This document shows, one piece after another, positions 11,801 through 22,250 of a stretch of 64,000 nucleotides of DNA (position 1 is the first letter of the stretch; each line of letters starts with the position of its first letter). The notes under the pieces were generated by a model. That model ran no database searches. It saw nothing but the letters and a program-made list of their open reading frames with translations, and was not told the origin of the DNA. The translations under genes and the position numbers were made by a program. The DNA comes from Macrostomum hystrix (taxonomy: Eukaryota > Animalia > Platyhelminthes), in NCBI GenBank assembly GCA_950097015.1, contig CATNEN010000033.1:558001-622000 (forward strand), written 5' to 3'.

Positions 11801-14800
11801 ACTAGTTAGTAACTACAACTAAAACTACTACATCAAGTTATTTTCAAATATTATTTTTCTTAATCTTAAGCTGTATTTGAAATTTAATTAGTGAGTTATT
11901 GTACTGGCAACTTATAATTCTAATGCACTTATTTCAGTGAAGCTGTATTTGTAAAAACATCGATTTCAAATTCTGCCTTGGCTGTGCCTAAAAATGCATT
12001 AAGCTGCTGAAAAGAACAAAACCACTCGGATTTTGGCTTTCTCCATTCTCTGATAGGCTAATAGGTGATAGGTGATAAGTAATCAAGCTGTTATTGATAC
12101 ATATTTTCTTAAACTACTAAAGATCCTAAAACTATTATCATATATAGTGTGGAAGATTTAAAATTGCTATTTTTCTGGTGTATTTCTCTGGGAAAACCAG
12201 CCCCTAACATTTTCAAAGAAACGTACTTTCGCGTCCTTCTACTCCTACTGTTCCTCGAGATTTTGAAAGACAGTCTACTTGCGCTGATTATCGGATATAA
12301 ATAGTGACACTGCAATCTATGAGTGTAAGTACATGTCAGCTTCACCCACGTGTAGCAGCAGAAGATGGCAACAGCGAAGGCCAGTGACAAAGAAGAGAGC
12401 ACGTCACCAATGATCTCGACGATTTCGTTGACACGCACAGCTGTGTCAATCATCTGCAATAGGCAAAGGGTAACTTTATCAATCATCTGCAATAGGCAAA
12501 GGGTAACTTTATCAATCATCTGCAATAGGCAAAGGGTAACTTTATCAATCATCTGCAATAGGCAAATGGTAACTTTATCAATCATCTGCAATAGGCAAAG
12601 GGTAACTTTATCAATCATCTGCAATAGGCAAAGGGTAACTTTATCAATCATCTGCAATAGGCAAATGGTAACTTTATCAATCATCTGCAATAGGCAAAGG
12701 GTAACTTTATCAATCATCTGCAATAGGCAAAGGGTAACTTTATCAATAATCTGCAATAGGCAAAGGGTAACTTTATCAATCATCTGCAATAGGCAAAGGG
12801 GAAATTAGTCGTCTTGGAATAAAAAAGGTTCGTTTGCATTCACCGCTTTTCCCCAGGCATTCAGACTCTAAAATAAGAAATCTAGCAGGGTTGAATTATC
12901 CATAAATTTTCTCACAACACTTTCCGTGCTTTGATCAATGCGAGGTATCAGTAGCTTCGTAAATTTTCCTAACTCTTTACAATAAGCACAAATGATAGCA
13001 ATTAATTGACTTTTAGTATATTAGATTTCAAAGCTCGTTTGTTTCCGGATCGACCAAAAACTGTGCCTTGCGATGCAAAAATTCAACTTTCTTGTGTGAC
13101 TTTAAATGTCACTCAAATGCGAATATTGTTTTATGAGTGGGGATTTGCGGTTTTGAAGCGATGCTTGGTCGACACAGAAAAACTGCGAACTTTGAAAATT
13201 ATATTTCTGAATTTAGGCTAGGTTACTGACTTTCAGAAAAATGGTTGTAAAAAGTATAACTAAGTGCCTAATTTCTAAGAAACAGAAAATTTTCTCTGAG
13301 GACCGCATTTCCAAGAAACTGATAACAAAAAATTGCCCTGAGCAACAAAGTGCAGTGAAACAGTTTAAAAAATATGATTTGATCACCTCGTTTCTGAGAA
13401 TCTAGTACGAGTAAAATAATATCTGACCATATTGTTTGTAAGAAACTCGTCATGGCCTTGTATTATTTAGGACAACAGATCGTGTACGAGATTTATTCAT
13501 GTAATAGGGGCGATATTTGTGTTTCGATCGATAGAAAATATGCCTAATCAAAGATTCCAAAGCACCCTAACTGATAACTATTAGGTACTAAAGTTAGGAG
13601 TCCATGGACTAACACCCGGGCCAGATGTACAGCTGTGAAGCAGCGGCGCTTCCGTGTGCATCCATGTTCATCCATTACCCGGAGCATTCCACACCTATTC
13701 TCAAATTTTTACCTCAGGGACAATGTCCTGCTCAAGGACACAAATGGTTTCCCCTGGCTGTAGATTCGAACTCTCGACCTCTGTATCAGAAATCTGAAGC
13801 TTTAATCAATGGGCTGCAACCTCACTCTGAGACGGATGAGACCCTTGACGATCGATCGCAGCGCGCCTACCTTTATCTCGGCCACGGACTTGCTAACCAG
13901 AAACTGGTTGGAGAACTGCGACATGCAGGCCGAGTAGTTCGAGTACGACTTCGTGATGTTCTCCGCCGGCGAGCCGTCCTCGGCCAGCCAGTGACCGGAG
14001 GCGTGGCAGATCCGGAAAGCCCTGCCTTTGGGAACTGGGAGTTCGGTTGGGAGCCGGATGAGGACACGCTCTCAAAAATACTTTGAGAAGTAATGAAAAA
14101 TGACAGTCCTCGCTTTGACGCGCGGATATTAACAATTGATAAAGTGTGCACTTATTATTAGTTGAAAGCAGCAGCTAACGATAGGATATTGCTCATTTAT
14201 CATTCTGACTCCTATTGGCTTCATTTAGGTTAATTTTTATTTGACGTTCAGTCGCCGAGTCAGAGTAGCTTCCATTGTTAATTATTCTTATTAAAAATGA
14301 GCCACTCACAATCGAAGCAGGGCAGCCAGGCCACTGTTCCGTTGGGCGTCGGAGGCCACGATAGGTAGCCGTCATCGTAGGCAGCGCAGTTCACTGTGAC
14401 AGGCCGACTGCTGTTGCTAGTAGCTGGAGAGTTGGCAGATCAATTAGTATTAAGGAGGCCTAACTGCCTGTGTTTTCTTAGTTACTTTGATTAACAAGCC
14501 TTTACAGTCCCTATTGACGTCACGGATGTACAGTTGTGTAAGTTTGTGATTATGAAACAACGTGACATTCGTTTTCATATGGACGATATTTGAAGCTATT
14601 ACGCATAATACAATCGAATGATTCCACTGAAGTGACTCCTGGTTTCGGGGAAAGTGTAAAATATCGAGACAAAGAACTGGCTCCCGACACCTTTCCCGAA
14701 GTATCCCTGTCGGCCTTGTGCCATCTACTCACAACTCAGATCCGTTAAATCTGGGGATAATTTGCAGCTCAAGCCGACTATGTTCGAGGAAGCTGGGCGC

Positions 14801-17800
14801 ATTTTTTATTCCAATTTTCGTTCCAGAGTCTAGCTTTCTTGTAGCCTCGGGGTGAAATGAAAGAAGTGTAATTAATTGCTCGGCGCATATGAGCCGAATA
14901 AGGCTAAAATGAGCCCTCCAGCCCTAAAGCAGGCTATTAACAGTGACTCCAGGCTGGGTGCTTGCAACTCTTCAATTTAGTGTCTTTTTTCAGAGAGCAG
15001 CTCTCAATTCAGCTTTCTCTGCGGGCCAAAATTTTATTTCAATAGGAGGAATTAACAAAAAACACATAGAGCAGCTGACAGAGTCGGTGGCACGATGCTT
15101 GTACAAGTAGGATGTGGACCTCATGCCGAGCTGTGTTTGTCGCGGATTTTCGGTCTGAATAATTTAGACAGCGGGAAATCCCCCATTCCACACACACGAA
15201 TGCAACACACTAACACCAAGCCGGCCTCAATCCAAGCTGGGAAATTGGGCGAATGTTCTTCCCTCGGTCTCGCGGCCCAACCCGGCCAAATCTTGTTTGC
15301 GCTTGCGCTATGCTGGAGCGTGTGTAACGATCGCAAACGAGTTGTCAAAACTTGGCCTGATCAACCAAGGTGGGCTGGGCATGTCAGTACCAATTCCAAA
15401 TGAATGCTTCGCTCATGGCATTGCACCATTTGCCGACTAAAACTAGCAGTCGATTTTGAAGAACGACGCAGCAAGCTCTGGCAACTCAGGAGTTTAGCCT
15501 GGTAGAAATCTGGTCAGTTGTTTAATGCTCCATAAAGTAATCTTCGAAAGCTAAAATGTGTAGGGTTCAAATATATACCATGCAGGGTAATCGTACCAAC
15601 TCGTTCGTGAGACATCATGCTCTTCAACTCGTACCAACTCGTTCGTGAGACATCATGCTCTTCAACTCGTACCAACTCGTTCGTGAGACATCATGCTCTT
15701 CAACTCGTACCAACTCGTTCGTAAGACATCATGCTCTTCAACTCGTACCAACTCGTTCGTGAGACATCATGCTCTTCAACTCGTACCAACTCGTTCGTGA
15801 GACATCATGCTCTTCAACTCGTACCAACTCGTTCGTGAGACATCATGCTCTTCAACTCGTACCAACTCGTTCGTGAGACATCATGCTCTTCAACTCGTAC
15901 CAACTCGTTCGTAAGACATCATGCTCTTCAACTCGTACCAACTCGTTCGTGAGACATCATGCTCTTCAACTCGTACCAACTCGTTCGTGAGACATCATGC
16001 TCTTCAACTCGTACCAACTCGTTCGTGAGACATCATGCTCTTCAACTCGTACCAAGGTGTTCGTGAGACATCTTGCTCTTCAACTCGTACAAACTCGTTT
16101 GTGAGACATCATGCTCTTCAACTCGTACCAAGGTGTTCGTGAGACATCATGCTCTTCAACTCGTACCAACTCGTTCGTGAGACATCATGCTCTTTAACCC
16201 GTACCAAGGTGTTCGTGGGGCATCAGCTCTGCAACTCGTACCAAGGTGTTCGTGGGGCATCAGCTCTTCTACTCGTACCAACTCGTTCGTGAGACATCAT
16301 GCTCTTCAACTCGTACCAACTCGTTCGTGAGACATCATGCTCTTCAACTCGTACCAACTCGTTCGTGGGGCATCATGCTCTTCAACTCGTACCAACTCGT
16401 TTGTGAGACATCATGCTCTTCAACTCGTACCAACTCGTTCGTGGGGCATCATGCTCTTCAACTCGTACCAACTCGTTCGTGAGACATCATGCTCTTCAAC
16501 TCGTACCAAGGTGTTCGTGAGACATCATGCTCTTCAAATCGTACCAACTCGTTCGTAAGACATCATGCTCTTCAACTCGTACCAAGGTGTTCGTGAGACA
16601 TCATGCTCTTCAACTCGTACCAACTCGTTCGTAAGACATCATGCTCTTCAACTCGTACCAACTCGTTCGTGAGACATCATGCTCTGCAACTCGTACCAAC
16701 TCGTTCGTGGGGCAAAATGCTCTGCATGAGCATGAGGAATATCTGTTTTTCAAATAGTACTATTTGCGAGGTATTGTAGTCCCTTTCATTCTATTTTTAA
16801 AGCATTGAGACATGTTTGTCATTGCACAATGTTAGTCAGACCGTCCACTATCAAGATTGTATGGGACTTCCATCAGCACAACGATCCGGGATAATTAGAA
16901 TCTGGAATCAAAGGACAGTTAGCTAGCCAGAAACCCAAGCAGTAGTTTTCTGTCCTTCATTCACCAACAATGTGATCCTTCAAAACTGGACTTACACACT
17001 CGTGAGTGCTGTCTCTGGTTCTGTGAGCACTGAGATAAGCGGCGTCAAACGCCTAAATCTGGTATCGCTAATTGCCTGCTTCTGCCACATCTCAGGCTTC
17101 TATGCGGGGCATATCAACAGAAAAGTGCTTTCTGGCATCAATAAGCGGGTTAGGGCCTTCGATGTTTTTGCTTCACAACCAGCCTTTTTAACTAGACTTG
17201 CTGTTGTGGCCCGCGTTAGAAAGCCTATTCGAGAAGCTTTTTCATCAGCTTTTTTAATTTTTATCGCCCTACTAGGTCATAAAACCTAATATGAAAATGC
17301 ATATTTTAACTCACACAACCTATGAAATACTTACGCAACGAGTTGATAAACTATAAACTATACTATTTGGCGTCATACCAGCTAACGACATTCTGATGTT
17401 CAAATATCTGGGTCAATGTTTTCCCTTGAATTTTAGGATCGGTAGACGCATTGTTTTATTTGACGCGTAGAAATAGTCAGCTTGTACATCCTGACGATAA
17501 GCAAGACACAAGCTTATCGTGCCAATCACAGCTGTCTGTTTTAGCTCATAAGTCACGTGACGCAGAAAAATAGTCATTGTTATTCAACGAGCATATAAGA
17601 CTGTTTAAATAGAACAAAATGCCTAAATAGCCTCAGTGCCTAAACGTCTCTAAAGTGTATACAATGAAGCTTTTCAGTTGTTGCTGCTTCACTGTTACCG
17701 GTGTAGGATTTCCTCTAACATTGTGAGGCCACCTTCATTCCGCAGCAGCTTGCCGGCCACAGCGGATGGGGTGGGTGTCGATTGCCAAGACGCGCTAGAA

Positions 17801-18233
17801 ATAAGCTGCCTCACACCGGCGAGTTGTAAAAAAACTACACGCGCACCGGAATCCCGTGTCACCGTGAGTAAATCCTCAAATCTCCCCTTTATTTAAGGGA
17901 CAAGGCATTGTTGGAGAGTTGACTAGTCGCCGAGGTGGAGCGGATTGAAGGCTTAAAAAAAAGAAAAAAAGCTGCCAAGCGCTCGCCGAGGATGAGGAGG
18001 CCGAGTGTTGAACAAAAATTCCACCCCACCTCCCGCTCCCGCAGCTCCTCAGGTGTCTGCTCACCTTGGCCCGCTTGAAAATTCCCCTCTCTTTCCACCT
18101 CCCAACCTCCAGCTGCGCGAAGACGGGATGACGAGGTTGTAAGCAGCAGCAGCGGCAGCAGCAGCGTGCAAGCCGGAGAAGTTGAAACTCGAGCCAGGCA
18201 AATAGATCGGAGACACTGCGGGCTCTGCCTCAT
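5899..18233 (-). CDS. Pdfr: Class B1 (secretin-family) GPCR, pigment-dispersing-factor receptor-like; 11 coding exons
   Basis: Phase-consistent GT-AG exons: 18233-18065 (signal peptide MRQSP..LLLPLLLL), 14423-14310 (NCAAYDDGYLSWPPTPNGTVAWLPC), 14034 (or 14025)-13871 (RAFRICHASGHW..NYSAC), 12453-12350 (TM1), 11215-11074 (RNKIHRNLFIAMLMQ, TM2), 9653-9497 (FAWMLIEG, TM3), 8370-8301 (GLPIVPTAVW, TM4), 8036-7967 (CWKD..YWIL), 7036-6951 (VNMGLLLNVLRVLVMRLR), 6498-6321 (KALRAALLLLPLLGITN..SFQGLFLALMYCFLSKE), 6144-5899 (VQAALRRS..stop). EIQQIRKALRAALLLLPLLGITN and IHRNLFIAM match my recollection of insect PDFR; orthology needs a phylogeny. Confidence 0.9.
7127..7893. repeat. About 35-bp CT-rich minisatellite in GPCR intron 8
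   Basis: Unit TCTCCTATCTACCATCTACTGCCTACTCTCTCATG, about 22 copies, with shortened variants at the 3' end. Confidence 0.93.
8670..9371. repeat. 24-bp minisatellite in GPCR intron 6, about 29 copies
   Basis: Unit CTGGCTGTAAACTTTGCTG(T/C)ACAC. Confidence 0.95.
9686..10205. repeat. 54-bp minisatellite in GPCR intron 5, about 9.5 copies
   Basis: Unit GTTCTGTCTGTGGTGGCTTTGAGCAGTTCAGTGTCAAGGTATACAATTGAGTCG, with 52-bp variants. Confidence 0.93.
12446..12800 (-). repeat. 33-bp tandem array spanning the intron 3/exon 4 junction of the GPCR (11 splice acceptors)
   Basis: Minus-strand unit CCCTTTGCCTATTGCAG|ATGATTGATAAAGTTA; translates stop-free as MIDKVTLCLLQ x10 in frame with TM1. Confidence 0.93.
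15592..16712. repeat. 38-bp minisatellite in GPCR intron 1, about 29 copies
   Basis: Unit CGTACCAACTCGTTCGTGAGACATCATGCTCTTCAACT; homogeneous at the 5' end, more variant at the 3' end. Confidence 0.95.
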
Positions 18234-19137
18234 CGCGCAGGCACGCTCTAGCCCTTTCTCCGCTTCTGCTGTCTTGCCTTTACTGGCTCTGGCATGCACT
18301 AGCGCCTTCTCTGCCTCTTTGATTTTCCTTGTCACGGGACACCCGACCTGCTGCTGGCAAACGACAGGCGAACCGACGGGGCGGTCTTAAATCCTCGCAA
18401 AAAGCAAGAGACACGGGAGAATGCTTAATCTATGGACCAGCGCAGCCAGATATAGAAAAAGAGAAGCAATTTGATTCTTGGCCGCTAATTTATCCCTTCC
18501 TGGGCCAAACTCACCGGGTGCCGCAACTGACGGGTCAGTTCCGCAGGCCGAAAAAGATGAAGACGGGCCGCAGTTCGCTTGGCGCATGGCGCTGGGTGGG
18601 GTTGTGCGACTAGGGGTGTGCGGCACTGAACAGCAACAGGCCAGCACCAGCTGGCCGCCTCGCGACTTAGTTTATCTTCCAAAATGGGGAGGCGGCCTCA
18701 TTCGGTGGGGAGTTGGCGATGAGGAGCGATTGGATGTGGCGGCCCACATGTTCCTGACTGGCCAAACCGGCCTCGCAGCTGGCTTGAGCCCCTAGCTACG
18801 CGAACGTAAGACCCCAAGTCGGCAAAGATTTCATCAATTCAGTACGAAAGAAGCGGGTAAGCTTGTGAACGATACGATTATAAATTAGGGATTCTTTAAC
18901 TATACGCTGCGAAGTTAGAATGTGCAAATAGGACAGCTACACTTATCTAACGTACCAGCTTTACTACGAGCAGGTTTGAGAATTTTTAAATAGACTTTGT
19001 ATCCTTGCTAAACAGCAAAAAAGAGTTTAACTAGCTATTGTACGAGTATTTATAGACATGAGCTAAGCAGTCACAGTTCTGAAACAGTGAGTATGCAGTA
19101 AGTAAGCATTTAACTCGTTTTACAATCGCAGATCTCC

Positions 19138-20574
19138 ATGACTAAGACGGAAATCTGTTCAGCGTGTTGCATTGCCGTTCTCATTAGCATACCAGCAACC
19201 TCCGGCTTTTCAACTGAAAGCCCGCCGTCAGCCTGGTGTCCCAAACATCAGTTACTCAAATCCGTTACACGGGGGCCTCTGCGACCCGTGCCCCAGTTTG
19301 CCGCCCGAGCCATCTGACCAGCAGCTCGGTCACTGCCAGCAGTTCCCCGGCTGCTGTCCTCAGGACGATGAGATAAAGCCGGGGTTCAGTGCGCCGAATG
19401 CCACTGTTCCACCGATACTGAATAACACGATTGACAATGGGACTCTGAGTCAGCGGTATGGTGACAATGGGACTCTGAGTCAGCGGTATGGTGACAATGG
19501 GACTCTGAGTCAGCGGTATGGTGACAATGGGACTCTGAGTCAGCGGTATGGTGACAATGGGACTCTGAGTCAGCGGTATGGTGACAATGGGACTCTGAGT
19601 CAGCGGTATGGTGACAATGGGACTCTGAGTCAGCGGTATGGTGACAATGGGACTCTGAGTCAGCGGTATGGTGACAATGGGACTCTGAGTCAGCGGTATG
19701 GTGACAATGGGACTCTGAGTCAGCGGTATGGTGACAATGGGACTCTGAGTCAGCGGTATGGTGACAATGGGACTCTGAGTCAGCGGTATGGTGACAATGG
19801 GACTCTGAGTCAGCGGTATGGTGACAATGGGACTCTGAGTCAGCGGTATGGTGACAATGGGACTCTGAGTCAGCGGTATGGTGACAATGGGACTCTGAGT
19901 CAGCGGTATGGTGACAATGGGACTCTGAGTCAGCGGTATGGTGACAATGGGACTCTGAGTCAGCGGTATGGTGACAATGGGACTCTGAGTCAGCGGTATG
20001 GTGACAATGGGACTCTGAGTCAGCGGTATGGTGACAATGGGACTCTGAGTCAGCGGTATGGTGACAATGGGACTCTGAGTCAGCGGTATGGTGACAATGG
20101 GACTCTGAGTCAGCGGTATGGTGACAATGGGCGGCTGCTTGCGATCCTGTTTGTCTGCGTTCCGTTCGGTATTCTAATTGTTGGCGTGAGTACTACGTAT
20201 GGCTCGTTCGCGTATTTATGAAAAGCTCAGAGCCGACATTCAATGGAGTCAATCTAATGCTCCCAGCCCAGCAGCCGGAAGGCAGTGATTGCTTCGCTAG
20301 TTCAAACCAAGGCGAATATGCATTGGGGATTCAAGTGAGCCCTTCAGATCCAAGTAACACTTCTGAGGATGCCCGATCCAGCATGTCGAGTGCTTTGGTG
20401 CATTCGAATGCAAGCGAGTCTCAATACAGCATCCCTCAAGACGAAGCGGATGTCAGCCCCGGTGAGCAGGAGGCGCTACTCGTCCCAAGCCAAACTGATT
20501 TCACACAAATCAGCATGGAAAGTTCCGAGATTGAAGGCAGGCTGCCAACTATTCCACCGATTATAACACAATAA
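19138..20574 (+). CDS. Candidate type I membrane protein with a Cys-rich (TNFR-like) ectodomain and a repeat-expanded stalk; two apparent frame breaks
   Basis: Acceptor CGCAG then ATG 19138 gives a signal peptide (MTKTEICSACCIAVLISIPATSG). Removing one G from GGGGG at 19271-19275 joins it to WCPKHQLLKSVTRGLCDPC..HCQQFPGCC, then NATV/NNT, 23x DNGTLSQRYG, a hydrophobic TM (LLAILFVCVPFGILIVGV), and a Ser/acidic tail in another frame (20218-20574). A donor GGGTAAGC near 18856 suggests a 5' UTR exon. Confidence 0.55.
19433..20130 (+). repeat. Perfect 30-bp tandem repeat, 23 copies, in frame in the candidate receptor
   Basis: GACAATGGGACTCTGAGTCAGCGGTATGGT with no variant copy seen. Confidence 0.97.
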
Positions 20575-22250
20575 TTTCTGCTATCAGTGTCATCTGGGCT
20601 AGCCTCTATTTAACTATTGAGTATCGTCTACTGTAGGTGGCAGTTTGTATGGCAAGAGTTTAGCTGCAAGAGTCCCCGATGGCCAAGCTGTTAAAGATAC
20701 TTTAATCCAAGGAGCTGCGTCGATTCACACAAGATTTAGAATTCGCTCGCTGTCTGTACAAACGACTGCCTTTGAACTAACGATGGACTAAGATGAACTA
20801 ACAGCAGCTGCTGGCCGAATATCCAGGAGGCATATTTACACAATTTAGTCTATTTCTAATTGGCATAATTATTGATAATTGATCATGACCTTGAGCTGGT
20901 TGACGATGGACAGCATAAGCCTTCGATTAGGCGGGCTTGAGTTTGGCGGACGGGTTTACGGAGGCTTTTTGTTTTACTCACCACAACAAATCAAGTCGCC
21001 GACTCTCATGAACGTCGAGATAGTCAACGATTCTTTCCCATCGTTGAATGGGAATGCCGGAAGGGCGACAATTTCCCATAATTCAGTACAGTACATTCAG
21101 TGCATTAAGTACACCACTGAACGCCAGTCAGCATAGCACCTCAGAACAGCTTTGCCAAGCGTTCATGTCTGATCAGCTTGTCGATGTGTGCCGATGATCA
21201 CACGCGTCTGCATAATCTCAGCCTTGGGTGTCTACTGGCCTTCACTAGGCGGAAGTTTTAGACCTTCACCGGATGGCAAAAGCTGACAATGACAATGCGC
21301 GCTGGGCAGCGAATTTCTCTAATCTCGCGAATGGCAAGTACTGATTGAGTATTGAGTACTGATTGAAAAGCAGCATCTTCGAAAAGTCACAATCAGAGCG
21401 GCGTGTCGTGGCTCCGTTCAGCTGTAGCAAAAGTATAACGGGGGAATCCTCATGGTACTGAAACATTGTATCCCTAGTGTGAAATCCAACAGGCCAAATA
21501 ATTCTGACTAACAAAAAATTCCAAACTACTTACTGAATAATATTCGGCCAATCGGCACTGATCGATTTAAAAAATTAATATATTTAGAAAACATTAAAAT
21601 GATCAGATTTTGCTGTAGCATCAGCGAATTTTATAGTACAGAAAAATACATGAAATTTATTGAAAAAAACGAATGTTGTAAAACCAGGGGTGCATTGATG
21701 TTAAAAAGTCCGGAGAGTGGTAGAGAATCAAGTCAGACACATATAGTTTCACAAAAAGGCCATCAAAGATTTTCTTGAGTAAATAAAGTATCATTTTATT
21801 TATACTTGTGTCTGATAATGAACTGATGATTATAAATACGGTGATTAATTGAACAAACGTCCTTTTTAAATGACCAAATATAGGGTATAAATGTTTTCTG
21901 TTGTATCGTTAGGCTGTTGAGAAACTAGTTAAAATTCCGAGCCGAGAGAAGTCCTAAACTATTCCTAGACATTTTAATGACAAAATTTCTGTTTTTCCTG
22001 TGTTTAACTACTTAATCACCTACCTATTTACCGAAGCACCCTACAAGCACTTGACTCATCATGATTAATAAAATTCTTCACTTCTTTATTACTTTTATAA
22101 GCAAAAAAACTGGGCATAACATTTGTGATGAAATGTGATTTAAAAAGCTGATTTTATTGAGCGAAAAGAGCAGCAAAAATAGCCAAGTGTTTTAACTGAT
22201 TACGGATTGTGAGAGCACGGAGAGTGCTAAAACCGTTCACGCCTCAAAAT

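Noticed and set aside
11226-12310. Possible hAT-type MITE (CAGTG ends, repeated CGATAC motifs) in GPCR intron 4
   Set aside because: Ends match only briefly and I found no TSD.
14550-14732. 60-aa ORF as an additional GPCR exon supplying Cys1
   Set aside because: Its phase does not fit the exon-1 donor, its donor is weak, and exon 1 joins exon 2 in phase without it.
1060-16712. Regular 24-54 bp repeats as CRISPR arrays
   Set aside because: Units are contiguous with no unique spacers, there are no cas genes, and the context is eukaryotic.
17553-17562. GTCACGTGAC palindrome (E-box/CLEAR) in GPCR intron 1
   Set aside because: Tempting for a clock-related receptor, but a single 10-mer without conservation data is not evidence.
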